Positions 10,972 to 24,449 are shown, numbered from the whole stretch's first letter. The stretch: DNA of 58,465 nucleotides, filler included, from Basidioascus undulatus (GCA_000826855.1; 7 parts of 7 records of this genome joined end to end with filler, not necessarily neighbours in it), one strand, 5' to 3'. Notes: a model not told the origin generated them from the sequence alone. Program-made: numbers and translations.

Positions 10972-13900
10972 TCAAGATGCGGCCTCCATCTCGGCCGCTG
11001 ACACCGCGGAGGCGTCCTCGTTATTCTCATCCTCCTCGATCACAGTTTCGACTCCCACTCCAGGCGATGAACTTGGCTCGGCTTGTTCGTCTGCTTCGGC
11101 AGCGGCTTCCGGCTCGGTCTCTGTGTCGAACAGCCAGTGAGACTGCGGACAACGCCTTGTCAGCGAGCTGCTCATCGAGCTGAAATAGACAAGACAGCAA
11201 AGCTTCTCAGCCATAGTACCTGCAAGATGAGGGACTTGACCAACTGCGAGGCGTGGCCAAGATTGCCCATGCTGGCCATGAAGCTTGAGGCTCCGCCGGG
11301 AGCCTTCAGGAGCGTAGGACCGAACACGATAGCGAGATTGTGCGCAAACCTGCGTAGCGACGTCAGCAATCTAGGCCAAATAAGCTGGCTCACATCGATG
11401 AAGACATACATCTGATTCTGATCCTCAAAGTCCGTAACCCTGTCCCCCAATGTCAATGAAAAGTCCAGTGCACGTCAGCCAGTGAGAATAATGCACTTGT
11501 CCAGGTGCTCGATGAGACGTCGCAGCAGAGCAAAGTGAGGGCGCGGGAGGTTCCAGATGAGCTCGCGGATAGTGTACATGCGGTCGTCGTAGTCCGCCAT
11601 AGCTGCGAGAAAGCGGTAAGTGAGCCAGTTTACCGCGCAATAACAGCTCCTGAGCTTACACGCAGCGTTGATAAAGTCTTGGTAGGAAGCGAAGGGTATA
11701 AGTGGTTCCCGCAGCTCGCGCAGCCACAGTTTGAGGGCGCCCGTCACGACGTGGATATCGCTGAACTCCCCCTGCGTGAGGTCGACGCCCGCGACGTCTG
11801 AACAAAGGGCAGGAATTAGCTCGAGTCTGACTTCCTCCTTGGTCAAGTCACGCACCGCGGTCTAGTGCCTCTCGCAAAGCGTTGACGGCGCTCACAGATC
11901 CGCTCAGGCGGTAGATGCCGATTTCAGTCAGACCTTCACAATGACTGTCAGTCACAAAGCAATGGACGGCTCTGGATGTGTACGGTACACACCGCGAGAT
12001 TCGATCTCAGCCAAGCAGCGCTCGACGATCAACGGGATAGCGCCGGATTCGATGCCCGCTTCGCCGTGCTCGCGCCGGACTAGATCGCTCAAATCGACTC
12101 CGTAGACTGCACATACAGATCAGCATCCGCATGGGCGTAGGAACGTACAGGTGCGACTCTGAAGCTTCACCTGTACGAGCGGTTTTCCGGGCCCCGGCCA
12201 AGGTCGATAAATGATCCGCCGCGTCTGGCGTATCCGGCTTCGCGGAGCGCTGCGCAAGATACGTGAGCCGCTTGGCTGCCGACGCCTGCGCGGACTTAGT
12301 TATGCTCGCGATCCACTCCCGTGCGTCGTCGAAAGTGGAAGCTTGCAGCAAGTAGTAGCCGCCATCCTCAGTCATGATCTGGAACGTGCAGCTGCGGATC
12401 GTGTTCGGGAAGTCGGCAGCTCGCGCCGCGTTGAGCGTGAGCACGAGCGCGGGCTTTGAGATGGGTTCGAAGTCGAGCTCGGACAGGCGTTTCCGCGCAG
12501 ACGAGTCGCCTGGCGCGGGAAGCGACCGATCCGTAAAGGCAATGGAGAGGGGGCGGAAGGGGCGGAGCAGAGCCGTCATGCGCTTCGACTGCTTGCTCGC
12601 TTTCTTGCCTTGGCCGCCCATCGCGCGCGAGATCTCGAGCTCGCGCTTCTCCGCGCGATGCTGCTCCTCCTTCTTCTCGCGGACGAGGCGCTCGCGCAGC
12701 TGACGGTCGCGGCGGTTCTTCTCTTGTTGCAGGGTGATGAGTCGTTGGAAGGGGCGATGAGCGCGGGAAGCACCGCGGCCGAGCTCGCCTTCGCGATGGG
12801 CTTCGTCGCGGAGGTAGCGCATGTCGACGATCGAGTCGGCCGCCTCGCGGTCCATCGTCTGCAGCAGGACCGAAACGGCTGACTCGTCCGCCGCGGTGAG
12901 CGTCGAACGTTGTCCGAGTTGAGGCGCGTTGCAGCAGAGGTTGAAGAGGTACCTAAAAGTGGGCGGTCAGCAAGCAGTTGCAGACGGCGAAAGAAGCGCC
13001 CACCAAACGCACCTCCGCTTATCGAAACTGATCAGCAAGTCGCTCGGCTCCGGTTGCTCCAAGACAACCTCGAGCATGCGCTCCCAGATCCACCCGAGAT
13101 CGACAGCGCACGCCTTGCCCATTTTGGCGGGACGGAGCGCAGCGGGCGAGAAGAAGCTCGCAAACGAGTCGACGGACGCCTTGCGCGACTTCGCGACCGT
13201 CTGCCACGCGAGCACGAAGACGCGGGATTCGGGCGAGACGAGCGCGGCGGTGAGGGCGGCTTCGACCATGGACCGCACCGTGGGTGCGAGCACGCCCTTG
13301 TCGAGCTCCTCTGGGCCCGCGAGCGACGCGCTCAGCGAAGCCATGCGCGCGCGACAGACCTCGATGGCGCTCAGCAATCGCTCGATGCGGGTCTGGCGCT
13401 GGCGGAGACCGATGCCGGGCTTGATGATCTGGCCGAGCGCCCAGCGGCGCAAGATGCCGAACGCCTTGATCGCGGCGCGTACGCTCGCGGGCAAGCGCCG
13501 CGAGATGGGCGTCTCCATGTCACTCTCAACGACAGCGACGTAAGCCATGATGTCGCTGATGACGATGTCGTCCGCCTCGGTGTGCGAGTGCTGCACGCGG
13601 CTCGAGAACCACGCCTCGCGCTCGGCGAGCTGCGACTCGAAGACCTCGGCCGTCGCGACGAGGTCCTGCTCCGAGATGTTGCGGAGGATCGCCGCGCCTA
13701 TGGTGTCCAGCGAGTTGACGAGGTCCTCGGGCGTGCTGTCGTGCAACCGCTGCATCGGCGTCAGCGCTGGCGTAGACTTGGGCTCGGCGGTCTTCGCTTC
13801 GCCCTCCTTGCGGTCGTCATCGCGCTCGACCGCCTCGGGGCGCAGCGTCCGAATAGCGAAGAACTTGTCCAGATCGACGACGGCCTGGCGAACAGCCTCC

Positions 13901-15767
13901 AGCGACGCGGAGGCCTCGGGGGATGCGTCTGCTGTAGGCTTCCGCTGCGCCTGGTCCTTGAGGAACGTCGCGAACGCGGTGTAGAGGTCGCCCTCGTCCA
14001 GCACGTCCTGTATGCCGCCGCCGTACTGGAGCCAGAAGCGCAGCGCAGAGGTGACACCGAGCCGCAGGCGGGTGACTTGCTCCCAGTCGACCTCGTCGTC
14101 GTCCAGAATGACGGGCGTAGCCGACCATGACGGGAACTGGTTCTCCGAGGCGGGATGGGCTGAGTCGACGAGCTCCTTCGACGCGTGCGGCGCACTGTCG
14201 AAGCGTTTGCGCAGCAGCTGTCCCAGACGCTAGATCAGCACACGCGATGCGGAACAGATGCTAGTCTTCTCCGGCGCACCTCGAACAGGACTTGCGGCGC
14301 GCAGAAGCTGCGATAGGTCGCGAAGAAGACGTCCGCGTACTCGTTGAGGTCCATCGTGAGCCGGATCTTCTTCGCAGTCAAGATCGGCAGGCCCGTGTCG
14401 TCCGTCCCGCGCACGCTGAGGTCCTCGACGCCGAGGACGAGGACGTCGACGAGCCTGTCGAGCGTGCCAGACTTGACGAAGACCTTGAGCGGCGCCTCCG
14501 TCTGAAGCGAGAGGGTGTCCGAGCCCGCGAGCGAGTTGCGGACGGAGCCCGTGCCCGCCGCGGACGACGCGGGGAGGCTGCTCCGGCGCGGGGCGGCCAT
14601 GAGCGATGCGCGGACGCGCGGGTGGACGTCGAGCGCGGGGCTGGCGCTTCCGGGGAAGCCGGTGAGCGTCGACACGCTCGTGCGACGTGAGCCGGGGCGC
14701 GAGTCGATCAGACTGCTGCGGCGCGAGGCCGTGGGCGAGTCGCCCTTGGTCGAGGTGAACGTGGGCTCGCTGAGCGCCTTGAGCACGAGCTCCCCGTCCG
14801 TCACGCGGAAGAGCGTCTCGCCCACGCTGGACATCTCGCGCATCGAGCCGACGAATGCTTCGCGCCGGTGCAGCATGCTCGAAATGCCGTCCGCGCCTCC
14901 CGCGGCGCTTCCCGCGGCTCGGGTCGGGCGCCCGAGGTCGACGCTGTTCCGGCGAGCGCGCGACGGGGAAGACTGAGTCCGGACGAGCTGCGCGGTGGAT
15001 TGCGCCGCGGACGGGTGGGCGAGCGCAGTGAGGTTCTGCGAGCTGAGGTCCTTGCGGCTGGATGCGAGGCTCTCCTTGGCGGATTCGAGGATCTTGTAGC
15101 GGTCGACAAGCGAGATGTATGGGAGAGGCGCGGGGAAGAGGAGAGGGACGAGCGGGTTGACAGAGGACGGGTGCGCGGTGGAGGGGGGCTTGGCGTCGGC
15201 GAGCGTGTTGCCGAGCAGGCGGGGCTCGCAGACGAGCGAAGGCGCAAGGAAGAGGGAGATCCTGTTGATCCCACGAAGATAAGCATTCAACCGCATCGAG
15301 AATGGGCGTAACAGACAAATGGAACGTACTGAGGCATCTGAGGCGTAGGCAACCCGCACATGTGCTGGAAGAACGCCGCAAACTCGGGCAAGACAGCCTG
15401 CGCCTGGGGGCCGTCCTTCTCCTGCGCCTTGCGGGCCTCCTCTGCAACGCCCGCCGCCCTGGCCGCCGCGTCCCTCACATCCCAGCACGGACCCAACGCG
15501 ACCGCGTTCGCGGGGAGCCCCTCCTGCGCCGCGGCGGGCGGGGCGGACGCGCGCTTCCTCGCGTTGTGGATGTCGTCGATGACGCTGCCGAGGTACGGCA
15601 CGGGGCTGGCCACCTTGCCGGACTTGACCTTGCTGCTGGGGACCAGGACGACGCCCTCTACCCGGGCGTTCTCGACGTCCGTCACGCCCACGTCCGCCAG
15701 CGTGCGCGCCCACCCTTCGAGGAGGGCAAAGTCCTCCCGCCCGATGCGCTTCCATGTGCGCGTGAGG
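10972..15767 (-). CDS. BEM2-like RasGEF / PH / RhoGAP protein (multi-exon, 5' truncated at chimeric junction)
   Basis: RasGEF motifs (ARLTRTWKRI, VPYLG, VKSGTLDRLVDVL, FFATYRSF, LISFDKRR), PH-like (TFQIMTEDGGYYLLQASTFDDAREWIASI) and RhoGAP (GIYRLSG, DIHVVTGALKLWLRELREPLIP, NLAIVFGPTLL); stop at 10972. Confidence 0.88.
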
Positions 15768-16596
15768 CGCGCGGCAAGGGATGCATGATGACGGTGTTGG
15801 GTTCGCAATATTGCGTGTAGATGGATTGGTTTAATCGAAAGCGACCCCGGTATAGGTCCGCTTCTTCCTTGCTCGCAAAACGCTCTTCCTGAATACGTGT
15901 TGAGTATGCGATATCAATGTTGGTAATACTCGCAGGAAGATCATCAGTCACCATGACTTTATGACCGACCTTGCGCAGCTCTTCAATAATGTAGTCTGGC
16001 ATCGCTAATTCTTTTGGCGAAACCAGGGTGACGGTGATGTTATTAAAAATGCACAGCAGCTTGCAGAGCGAGTGAACCGTACGGCCGTGTTTTAAATCGC
16101 CAATCATGGCGATGCGCAGGCCGTCAATGTCGCGCCCTTTGGAGCGCAGTTCTTTGCGGATGGTGTAGAGATCAAGCAAGGCTTGGGTGGGGTGCTCATT
16201 AGAACCATCACCACCATTAATAACAGGAACGCGACTGCCTTCGGCAAACTCGGCGACGGACCCGGTTTGCGGGTGGCGCATACAAATCACATCGCTGTAA
16301 CCGGAAAGAACACGCGCTGTGTCAAACAATGATTCACCTTTCGTTAAAGATGAACTTTCAAAGCCAGTCGTCTCACGTACATTTCCGCCTAACAAATTAA
16401 AGGCAGCGCCGAAGCTGACACGGGTGCGGGTGCTGGGCTCAAAAAACATGTTACCAAGGATGGCCCCTTCAAGGACGCGCGTCACTTTGCGCCGTAACGC
16501 ATAAGGCTCCATGGTATCGGCAACATCAAAAATACGCTGAATGTCAGCGCGCTCGAATTGGGTGATGGAGAGAATATGGGCACCAGTGAAATTCAC
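15768..16596 (-). CDS. pyrB: Bacterial aspartate carbamoyltransferase catalytic subunit, 3' truncated
   Basis: Intronless, lower GC; FFEPSTRTRVSF, KGESLFDT, MRHP, NGGDGSNEHPTQALLDLYTI, GDLKHGRTVHSL, TRIQEER, IMHPLPR. GTG start at 16596 with a Shine-Dalgarno site; homology stops right after HPLPR. Confidence 0.95.
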
Positions 16597-16603
16597 AGGA
16601 GAA

Positions 16604-16608
16604 TCCTT
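16604..16608 (-). promoter_or_regulatory. Shine-Dalgarno-like ribosome binding site for pyrB
   Basis: AAGGA lies 7 nt upstream of the GTG at 16596. Confidence 0.7.
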
Positions 16609-16685
16609 AGCGGGAGGCCGCTGGTTGGGTAGCAGGAAATCGGCGGCCATTTTAGCGATAGATGCTGCGTATACCAACGGCGCAC

Positions 16686-16785
16686 NNNNNNNNNNNNNNN
16701 NNNNNNNNNNNNNNNNNNNNNNNNNNNNNTTAATTAATTAANNNNNNNNNNNNNNNNNNNNNNNNNNNNNNNNNNNNNNNNNNNN
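16686..16785. other. Artificial contig spacer
   Basis: N44-TTAATTAATTAA-N44. Confidence 0.99.
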
Positions 16786-17312
16786 CCCTCTCCCCCCTGC
16801 CCGCTACCGCCACCGCCCCCCCGCCGCAGCTACAACGCCAGCTGCGCCACGCGCTCTCCTCTCCCTCCCTCACCTCCTCCTCGCGCCCCTCCACCACCTC
16901 CTTCCCTACCTCCACCCAGCCAAGCACCTGGCTCTTCACCCTCTTCCCGCCCTCCGAGCCCGCCCCTACCCCAAACCCGCTCTTCGCGCACCCCTCCCCG
17001 GCCTGCCCCACGCTCACTACAGTCCTCCACGCCCACCTGGGAGCGCCACAGCCCAAGCGCCGCCGCTCCATCTCTATCCTCCGCTCCACGCTCTCCCCCA
17101 ACCCGCCGCCCGTGCCTGCCATCCCTACGACCTCGGCATTCGCGCTCAGCTCGAAACCCGGGCTTCTGCGCTCGGGGTCGGGCGGCGCGGGCGGAAGGCG
17201 GGGAGAGGAGGCGAGCGGGCCCTGCCCGAGGAAGACAGGTAAGGGACCGATGGAGTGGGAGGACGAGGATGTGGGGGGAGGGCGGAGGGCGGGGGGCGTT
17301 GGGAGGATGTGA
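16786..17312 (+). CDS. Pro/Ser-rich C-terminus of a hypothetical protein (partial)
   Basis: Frame appears open from near the contig start to TGA at 17310-17312, followed by a pyrimidine-rich UTR-like region; no family recognised. Confidence 0.4.
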
Positions 17313-18558
17313 CCGTCTCGCGGTCGGTTGGCTTTCATTTTCGCTTCTGTTTTCATTTTTCGTTTCATCCGCCTCATTGTCCTGATTGTCCTGCACGCTC
17401 TGCTCTACGTACTTCCTACCTCTAATCGGCTTCTGCCTGCCCTCCATGCGTTCCCCTCATTCGGTCCGCGCTCTCCCTCAATCCCTCCCCTCCTACTCTT
17501 TCCCAGCATCTCGTCTCGTCTCGTCTCTCGTTCGGTCTCTCGCACTCGCATCATTACAGCATAGCATAGCATTTCCCATCCCACTTCTTCTCTCCATCAT
17601 ATTCTATTTCAGCCACTTCCGTTCTACCCTATCCCAACCGCTGCCTATTGTACCACTGCACTACCAGCAGCCTCCTCCCCCTTCCTCAATTCCGTTCACT
17701 GCCCCTGCATTCCACTTCGCACTTCGTCTTCCACTCCTCCCTTTTGCCTCCTGCTCGCCCTCGGCTTGCAGCCCCCTTCGCACTCCGCACTTCGTCTTTC
17801 CATCCATCGCCTTGCCTGCCTGCCTGCCCGTCCGCCCGTGCCCCGAATCGCGTACATATATAGTCTGATTGTTCAGCGCCATGCACCTGTGACCTGTGGA
17901 GGCGGGCGAAGCGGGACACAGGATGACTATGGTATCAGCGATCAGCCGCCCGGCAGCCCGTCAACCCCCCGACAGATTGGAAGTCCAGCAGCTGCACATG
18001 CGAGGTTAAGGGTGCGTTTCGGGAGGCTGGCACGAAAGGGCTGGTAGACGAAGAGGGATTTCAAAGCGATTGATGTTGAAAGGCCGATGCCGGCCCGCTC
18101 GTGGTCGAGTACGAGCGCAGCGAAGGGCGCGTTGGGCTGTTGAAGCCTGAGCGAGGTTGATCGGTGGTCGAAGATGAGCAGGCCGAGTCGAATCGAGCGT
18201 TCAAGTGTCCATCTCCGGCGTGCACGACCCCCTGAGCGCGAGATCCGCCCCAGTGCCACAGCGAGGTCCTCGCACACCCGCACCCAGCGAGCGAACGTCT
18301 CTCTCGCCGCACCCGCGCACCACGGCAAGCCTCTCCCATCTGCCGACTCCTTCCATGTGAAAGAAACGTGTTCCACAGCACTCACTGCACATTCCTCTTC
18401 ACGCCTCCATCCGCCGCTTCCATCTTCCCGCTTCCATCTTCCCTTTCCGCCGCTCCTCTCCCTGCTCCTCCACCTCCCTCCCCATCCGGCCCTCCCGACC
18501 TCGCCCGCTGCCTCCCAGCGCGCAAACCCCCTGCGCTGCGCGGATCTCCCCTCCCCTC

Positions 18559-18991
18559 TCACTGCCCCTGCCCCGGCAGCCAGCCCGCCTGCGTGTCCTC
18601 GCGGTTCGCGCCGCGCAGGCGAATCCGCCCGTCGGCAAGGTACTCGGTGATAATAGGCGACGCGGCGGGGCGGTACTTGTGTTCTGCCGAGTACCTGTCC
18701 TCTCCTCCGGAACGTCAGCTCTCTCGATTGGGTTCTCAGCGGTTGGACGGCGTAGGGGGGGCAAGGCGAAGGGGAAGGAAGAGGGGATTGAAAGAGTGTG
18801 GCGGGGGGGAAGAGGACCCACCGATCAGCGTGGATGATCACGGGCGCCTTGGGCGTGGTGAGGAAGGCGAAGACGAGGTAGGCGAGAATGGAGAGGAGCG
18901 CAATGAACGCTGCGGTGCGGAGGAGGCGGCTTTGCGGGGCGGCGGCGGGGCTGGAGGGGGAGGGAGTCGGGGCGGAGGTGGATTTGGACAT
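18559..18991 (-). CDS. Small single-pass membrane protein, conserved basidiomycete type (2 exons)
   Basis: TM segment AAFIALLSILAYLVFAFL, then IIHADR|YSAEHKYRPAASPIITEYLADGRIRLRGA; intron 18695-18821 (GT..AG); stop at 18559-18561. Confidence 0.8.
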
Positions 18992-20068
18992 TCTCCGAGG
19001 AGGAGGAGAGGAGGGAGAGCGGGCGGTGGTGATGGTGGTGATGGTGGTGGTTGTAGTCTGGTGAGTGAGGAGGTGAACGGCGGGCAGGGGAAGGGAGACA
19101 CGGATGCAGATGCCGAGCTGTGAGGCGGGGGTTGGGCGGAACGTCCGCGGATGAGGAAGGGATGGAGGCCTTCGTCCAACTGCACGAACTTACTATTGAA
19201 AAACAGTTGGAAGTACCTAAGGTATTTGATGCTGCACGGAATGGATTGGAAAAAATTCTGGCAATGCAGGCTTACACATAAGTCGCCGAGTCTGCCTGAC
19301 TGCGTGGTGGCCATCGGGGTAAGCTCGCTACATTGCTATACTTCCGTCTTTCTTCCACAGCATTCGGAACATAGGTTCATGAACAACCAAAATTCACAGG
19401 CGAGTGTATTTGTGTACCTGTATTTGAAGCTACCAGCAACGCTGCGAGGCATTCAACGACTGCGAGCGTGAAGACTCGGGACCGCCTGGCTCCGCTTTTC
19501 AAGACCACATCATCCTGATTTATCCTTCTTCTGCCACGGTAGTATCCTGCCTCAGAATCTCTTCATGCCGACAGGAGGTAGGGTGCGGGCGCTCAGGCTT
19601 GTTCTTGTTCAGTCCGAAGCTCGGGTTCCGGCCGCGGGGCCAGCAACTGTTGCTGTGCTGCCTATCACTCTACTCGGATTCGTGTACATGTAATCGGAGG
19701 CGGTAATGTATTTGTGGTAGTGGATTATCATGGGGCAGACTGGACCGCCAAGCCGGTCGGCTCCACTTCGCTATACTGCAAACCAGGAGTACCCAGAAGA
19801 AACCAGTGCCCGGCCTCAGTTCGACGTTCAAAATGTCACTCAAAGGGGGTCTGCGAATGGTCAACCCCATATATACACCAGAAAATGATGGCACCAGAGG
19901 CGTTCTCCAGATGTATCTGCCGCGGGCGGACCGTCCTGACAGTGCCGCTTGGACTCGCACCACCACCGTCGCTTCTCTCACCGCGTCCACCGCACATCCG
20001 CTTACCGACGCAGGCTCTCATCGCTCTTCAGGCCGTGACACACACCACTACCATAGGCTTCACTGAGC

Positions 20069-21082
20069 ATGTCCGTGCAGTCAAGCCTTATCAGCGTCGG
20101 CGCAGGCGCCGCCCCATCCGAGTCATCCCTCTCCCTTGACCTCTTGACGCCCGAGCTGCTTCTCGAGGTCGCCAGCGCGTGCGACCGTGCCTCGCTCAAG
20201 GCTCTCTCCTTTACGTGCTCGAGACTGCGCGGTCTTCTGCTGCCCAAGGCCTTCCAGCATGGCGTCTGCGTCCAGCCGAGGAAGATCGGCCGGCTTGTGA
20301 GCTGATCTAGCGGAACCCCGCAGTGTCCAGGCTGTCCGGTGGGCAAACCCTCAACAGATTCCTCCTTTAAAGGGATAAACCTGACGCATAATGAGGGTGA
20401 TTCTAGGCGCCTCTTGTTAGGCATTCTTCATCTCCACCCGGGCGAGGACGTCGGAGGACGGCTCCAGGGACGACTTCGAGGAAGGGTTCAAGAGCGACTC
20501 ACCTATTCTTGGGGCGATCACGGCCCGACGGAGTCGACAATCTCACAGCTGACTCGTCTTATCCGCTGTATTCCGGGACTGGTCCACATTCATTTCCCTC
20601 AGAAGATGGGACCTCTGCAGGAGACCATCGCAACGACGGCCCTCACTGCGCATTTGGCGGAGCTGTCCCACCTCGAAAGCCTTTACATCTCGATCAATCA
20701 CCTGCTCCCGCACTCTTTCATGCGCATCACCGGTCTAAAAACGCTTGAGATCCAGTGCTACTGGGAAGATCAAGAGCACCATATTCCCCCGAGGCCAAAA
20801 GAAGATCGGGCGCTTGAACTGGCATTCGAGGTGAACGCTTCGACGCTGGTCAGTCTGAGGGTGGTGGAGAGCTCCACGTCGGCTTCTCCGAGATGTTTCC
20901 GAGAGTGGTTGAGAATCTCACGGTACTGTGGCCTGAATTTGCCCATCGCGCCATCCTCCCGGTGCATTCTTCCGTCTCGAGCCCGGTTTCGTAGCGAGCT
21001 TCGAGCACGCGAAGGGTTTGCGCTATCCGAGCGTCTACCATTTTTCACGCGTTGCTTGGATCTCCGTCCCGTTCAATGCTGA
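20069..21082 (+). pseudogene. F-box-like / leucine-rich protein, disrupted
   Basis: LDLLTPELLLEVASACDRASLKALSFTCSRLRGL is F-box-like; the frame breaks with stops at about 20303-20310; LRR-like LSHLESLYIS..ITGLKTLEI follows. Confidence 0.6.
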
Positions 21083-21476
21083 AATGAGTTCGAGTTTCGT
21101 TTTGAGGGGGGGAGAGATTTTGACCGAGCATTCCTTCGCGTACTAGGCCTTGTATCTCGCAGTTGCAGCTTTGTGATGAGCCATGGGAAACGTTTGTGCG
21201 CTTGCTGGTGTGCCTTTGGATTCGGCGCCAGCACTCTTGAACCCAGCTCGGCCAGACCAGCCATTGATTCACCATACAGCCACGCAGTTGCACAACGGCT
21301 GAACCGAGCGCGAACAGTCCAGGCATCGGGCACGTTGCAGAGTCCGTGACGAATAGCCTCGTCTCACGATACACGGCAGTCGAACGGCAGTGGCACCGTG
21401 GCACACAGCGATACCTTTCCCTATCCCCCACTAGCCACACGGAACCCTGCACCATTCCTCAATACTTCATTCAAAA

Positions 21477-22605
21477 TCAATCCATATACTCCCTCCTCCC
21501 CGCCCCAATCTCCAGATCTGAACCGACCTCCGCCTTGCCCATGCCCCCCTGGCCCTTTCCATCCCTCCAATCCGGCACGCCCTCCAGCCCCAGCTCATTG
21601 CGCATCTCCCCGAGATCCCGCTCCCACTCGCGCTCCCAGTAGATCCCCAGCAGGGGCTTGCAGCGCGCACCCTGGCGGAGCGCCCATGGCGCGAGGTCCT
21701 GCACGAGCGCGCGCCGCTGTGCGGGCTTGGTCAGCCGCAGGGGACCGAAGGCGGCTGAGAGGCCGGCGACGGGGGTGCGGAAGTGGGCGAACTCTGGGCA
21801 TAGGGGCGAGGTCATGAGGGATTGCCGAAGAGGGGGAGGGGAAGAAAAAGAATGGAAGAAGGGGAGACAGGGGAGACAGGGGAGACAGGGCTCACCGAAG
21901 TACTTAACTACCAGCTCCGAGAGGATGTCTACCCGCTGGCCGAGGAGGAGGTGGTACAGGTCGTGGCTCTCCCTGTACCTCTGCACAACGTATGCCAGCT
22001 CCTCGTCATCCACATAGTGCACCTGTCCCTCCGCGCCCTCGTCAGCTACCTCCCCTTCTCGCCTTCCTCTCGCAGACACACCGGATCCCGCGTGTCCGGG
22101 CTCACTCCACACCGCTCCAACCACCCTGCGTATTCCCTCCCCAGCGTCCCGCGCGGGAGCGCGCGCAGCTCGCTCAGCGCGACGGACGACGTCGAGATGC
22201 GCGGACGGTCGTGGAGGATTGCGCGACCTGATGGTGAATCGACCATCTGTGCGCGGAGCGAACAGAGGAGCGAGATCGGCGTGGATGTTTCGGTTAGGGC
22301 GGCGAGCATGTCTAGAGAGGAAGGGCATTAGAGAAGGGGGAAAGAGGGGAAGAGGAAGACCCACCGTGCCGGTAGGGATCGACAAGCGACACGACCGCTG
22401 AGCCCGCGGCGAGGAACGCGTTTTGGAGCGGTCCTACGGGCCAGTGCCCTATGTTACAATCCCGTTTCCATCCGTAAGTGCGAGCCCGTGATGGGAAGGA
22501 GATGGGGAGATGCGCTGCCCACGCACCGGGGTACGCAGGCGCGAGAGTCGAGCGCGCTCGGGTCGCGCCTAGCTGGCCGAGGGAGGAGGAGAGGCGAAGG
22601 GGCAT
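21477..22605 (-). CDS. COQ4: Ubiquinone biosynthesis protein Coq4 (multi-exon)
   Basis: Mitochondrial presequence, PAYPG|HWP, DPYRH|DMLAALTE, GRAILHDRPRI, LRALPRGTLGREY, VSPDTRDP|VHYVDDEELAYVVQRYRESHDLYH (HDxxH), ELVVKYF|EFAH, LLGIYWE. Confidence 0.96.
21861..21890. repeat. 9-bp tandem repeat (GGGAGACAG)x3 in a COQ4 intron
   Basis: Read directly from the sequence. Confidence 0.8.
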
Positions 22606-23924
22606 TGTGGGCGTGTGTGTGTGCGCAGAGGAAAGAGGTAAAAATTAATTTGGGTTGGTGTAATGAAGTTGTGGGAGGTCGGAGAAGGAGGAGAGCAGGA
22701 AGACGCTCGAGCATACGCGGGTTAGGTTTTGGTCCGGGAGCTAAATGAGATCATGAAGCCGTATGGCTTGGTATGGCACTGCAGCGACATTTTCGAAAAG
22801 ACAAATCTTGTAGAACGACCATTGGGTATCTAGTTGACTGATGCAGGTAGAGCAGAACCAAACAGTGTGAACCAGGGCAGAGCAGGCCAAGTAGGAGGTA
22901 CCGGTGGCTTATATGCATGACACAGCGCATATGCATGCTGCAGTCTGCTACAAGACTGCGGCTTCAACATCAATGTTTTCTGGACGCTCATTCATTCAGG
23001 CCTGGAAACTACGTCCAAATCTGACATGCAAAAAACGTCGAAGGGGGTCAATCCCGAAGGAGAGTGCAACCGACTCCGCGCTGCCGGCATGTGGCAGGGT
23101 GCTTGCTCCATAAGGAAATGGGATCGACAAATATTGAAAGGTTGGTTTGACTAGGTCTGTAAAATGGGGATTGATACACTTCGTGGGACTGGCGGATATA
23201 GTTGCTCCGGAACCAGTGCTCGATGCAATGCAGTGCTCGACACCATCGCGCATGGCAGCAGCTGAAACTGCCACAGCCAACCTCTTCTATCAAACATATG
23301 AAAATGTGTTCCCTAACTGCATTTGCTTTACCTGTAGAATTAGCACCGACATGCATGAGCACGAATAAAGGTTCGTGCCTTGGGCACTGGCAGCAGTGAC
23401 AGTACTGTCGTTTCAAAGTCTGAATCGTTTGGCGTGAGATCTAGATACCTTATCCAAGCTTGCTTGAGCAGCAAAATATATGCTGCACAGATTACTATCG
23501 GAGACCTTATGTTAGCAAGAAGGTCATTTCGTTCCCCATGCCAGCTCACTCGATTTTGGCTCGGTCGTGCTGCACAGACGGGCACTGCATACCAAGCAGT
23601 ACTCACAAAAGGTCGCGCCGGTCCTGCGTACCTCTGAATTTCTCTCTTACAGTAACATACACCCTTCAAAACAGTTCACATGCTGCAATGTGATCAGGTT
23701 CTCGATAAAAATGACGTGCAGTATCTTGACCTGAAGCGGGGCCTCACACCTTTCATTCTCAAGTCCGTGCCGAGCGCGCACGCACGCAGCGGGCACACGA
23801 TCCGTTGTCTCATCCCTCACTCGGCACCGCCACTCACTCCTCTTGGAAGCAGCTCCTTTCTTTCACCCAAATAAAGCATACAATTGACTGACCGCAATAT
23901 TGCTCTTGTATTCCAACCATCATC

Positions 23925-24287
23925 ATGACCTCTGCTCTCACTACCGCCCTTTCCGGGCTCTTCCCCATGCTTCCCCTAATCTCAGCTGCCCTCCTCGGCT
24001 CGTCATTCACGGCACGCGCGGGCCTGCAGACCTGGCTTGCGGTCTCCCACGCGCAAGGCCCCGCCTCTGAGGAGGTGGTCAAGGCTGCGGAGGACGAGGC
24101 GAAGAAGAAGGGGGCGGCGAAGGCGTCGCTCAAGGGCGTCGGTCCCGTGTTCCTCCTCCTTGAGTTGGAGGGCGCGATCGTCTTGTTCTTCAAGGCGAGC
24201 TCGCAGGCTCAGAACGGGGTCGCCTTGGTCGGGTTTTTGATCGTCAGTCTTTTTTGGATGAGCGGTAGGAGAGAGAAGGGGTCCTGA
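23925..24287 (+). CDS. Small hypothetical membrane protein (120 aa)
   Basis: ATG in ATCATCATG context, GC-rich codons, three hydrophobic segments separated by a charged linker. Confidence 0.6.
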   Translation: MTSALTTALSGLFPMLPLISAALLGSSFTARAGLQTWLAVSHAQGPASEEVVKAAEDEAKKKGAAKASLKGVGPVFLLLELEGAIVLFFKASSQAQNGVALVGFLIVSLFWMSGRREKGS

Positions 24288-24449
24288 ACGCTGTGGGTAC
24301 GACAGACGCACGCGACCTCCGAGTACTTCGACCAAACTTCGCTATCTCTTTGCGTCGCGTAGCCCGCAAAGCCGAAGGCCGTACGTCCCTCCTTTATCTC
24401 TCCCATTTCTCATTGTCGATAACCCGCCCATCATATAGGTCTCCTTTTC

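Noticed and set aside
15682..16677. 331-aa ORF as a complete pyrB with novel termini
   Set aside because: The real start is probably GTG 16596 (RBS present), and the last 28 or so residues are out-of-frame fungal sequence past the junction.
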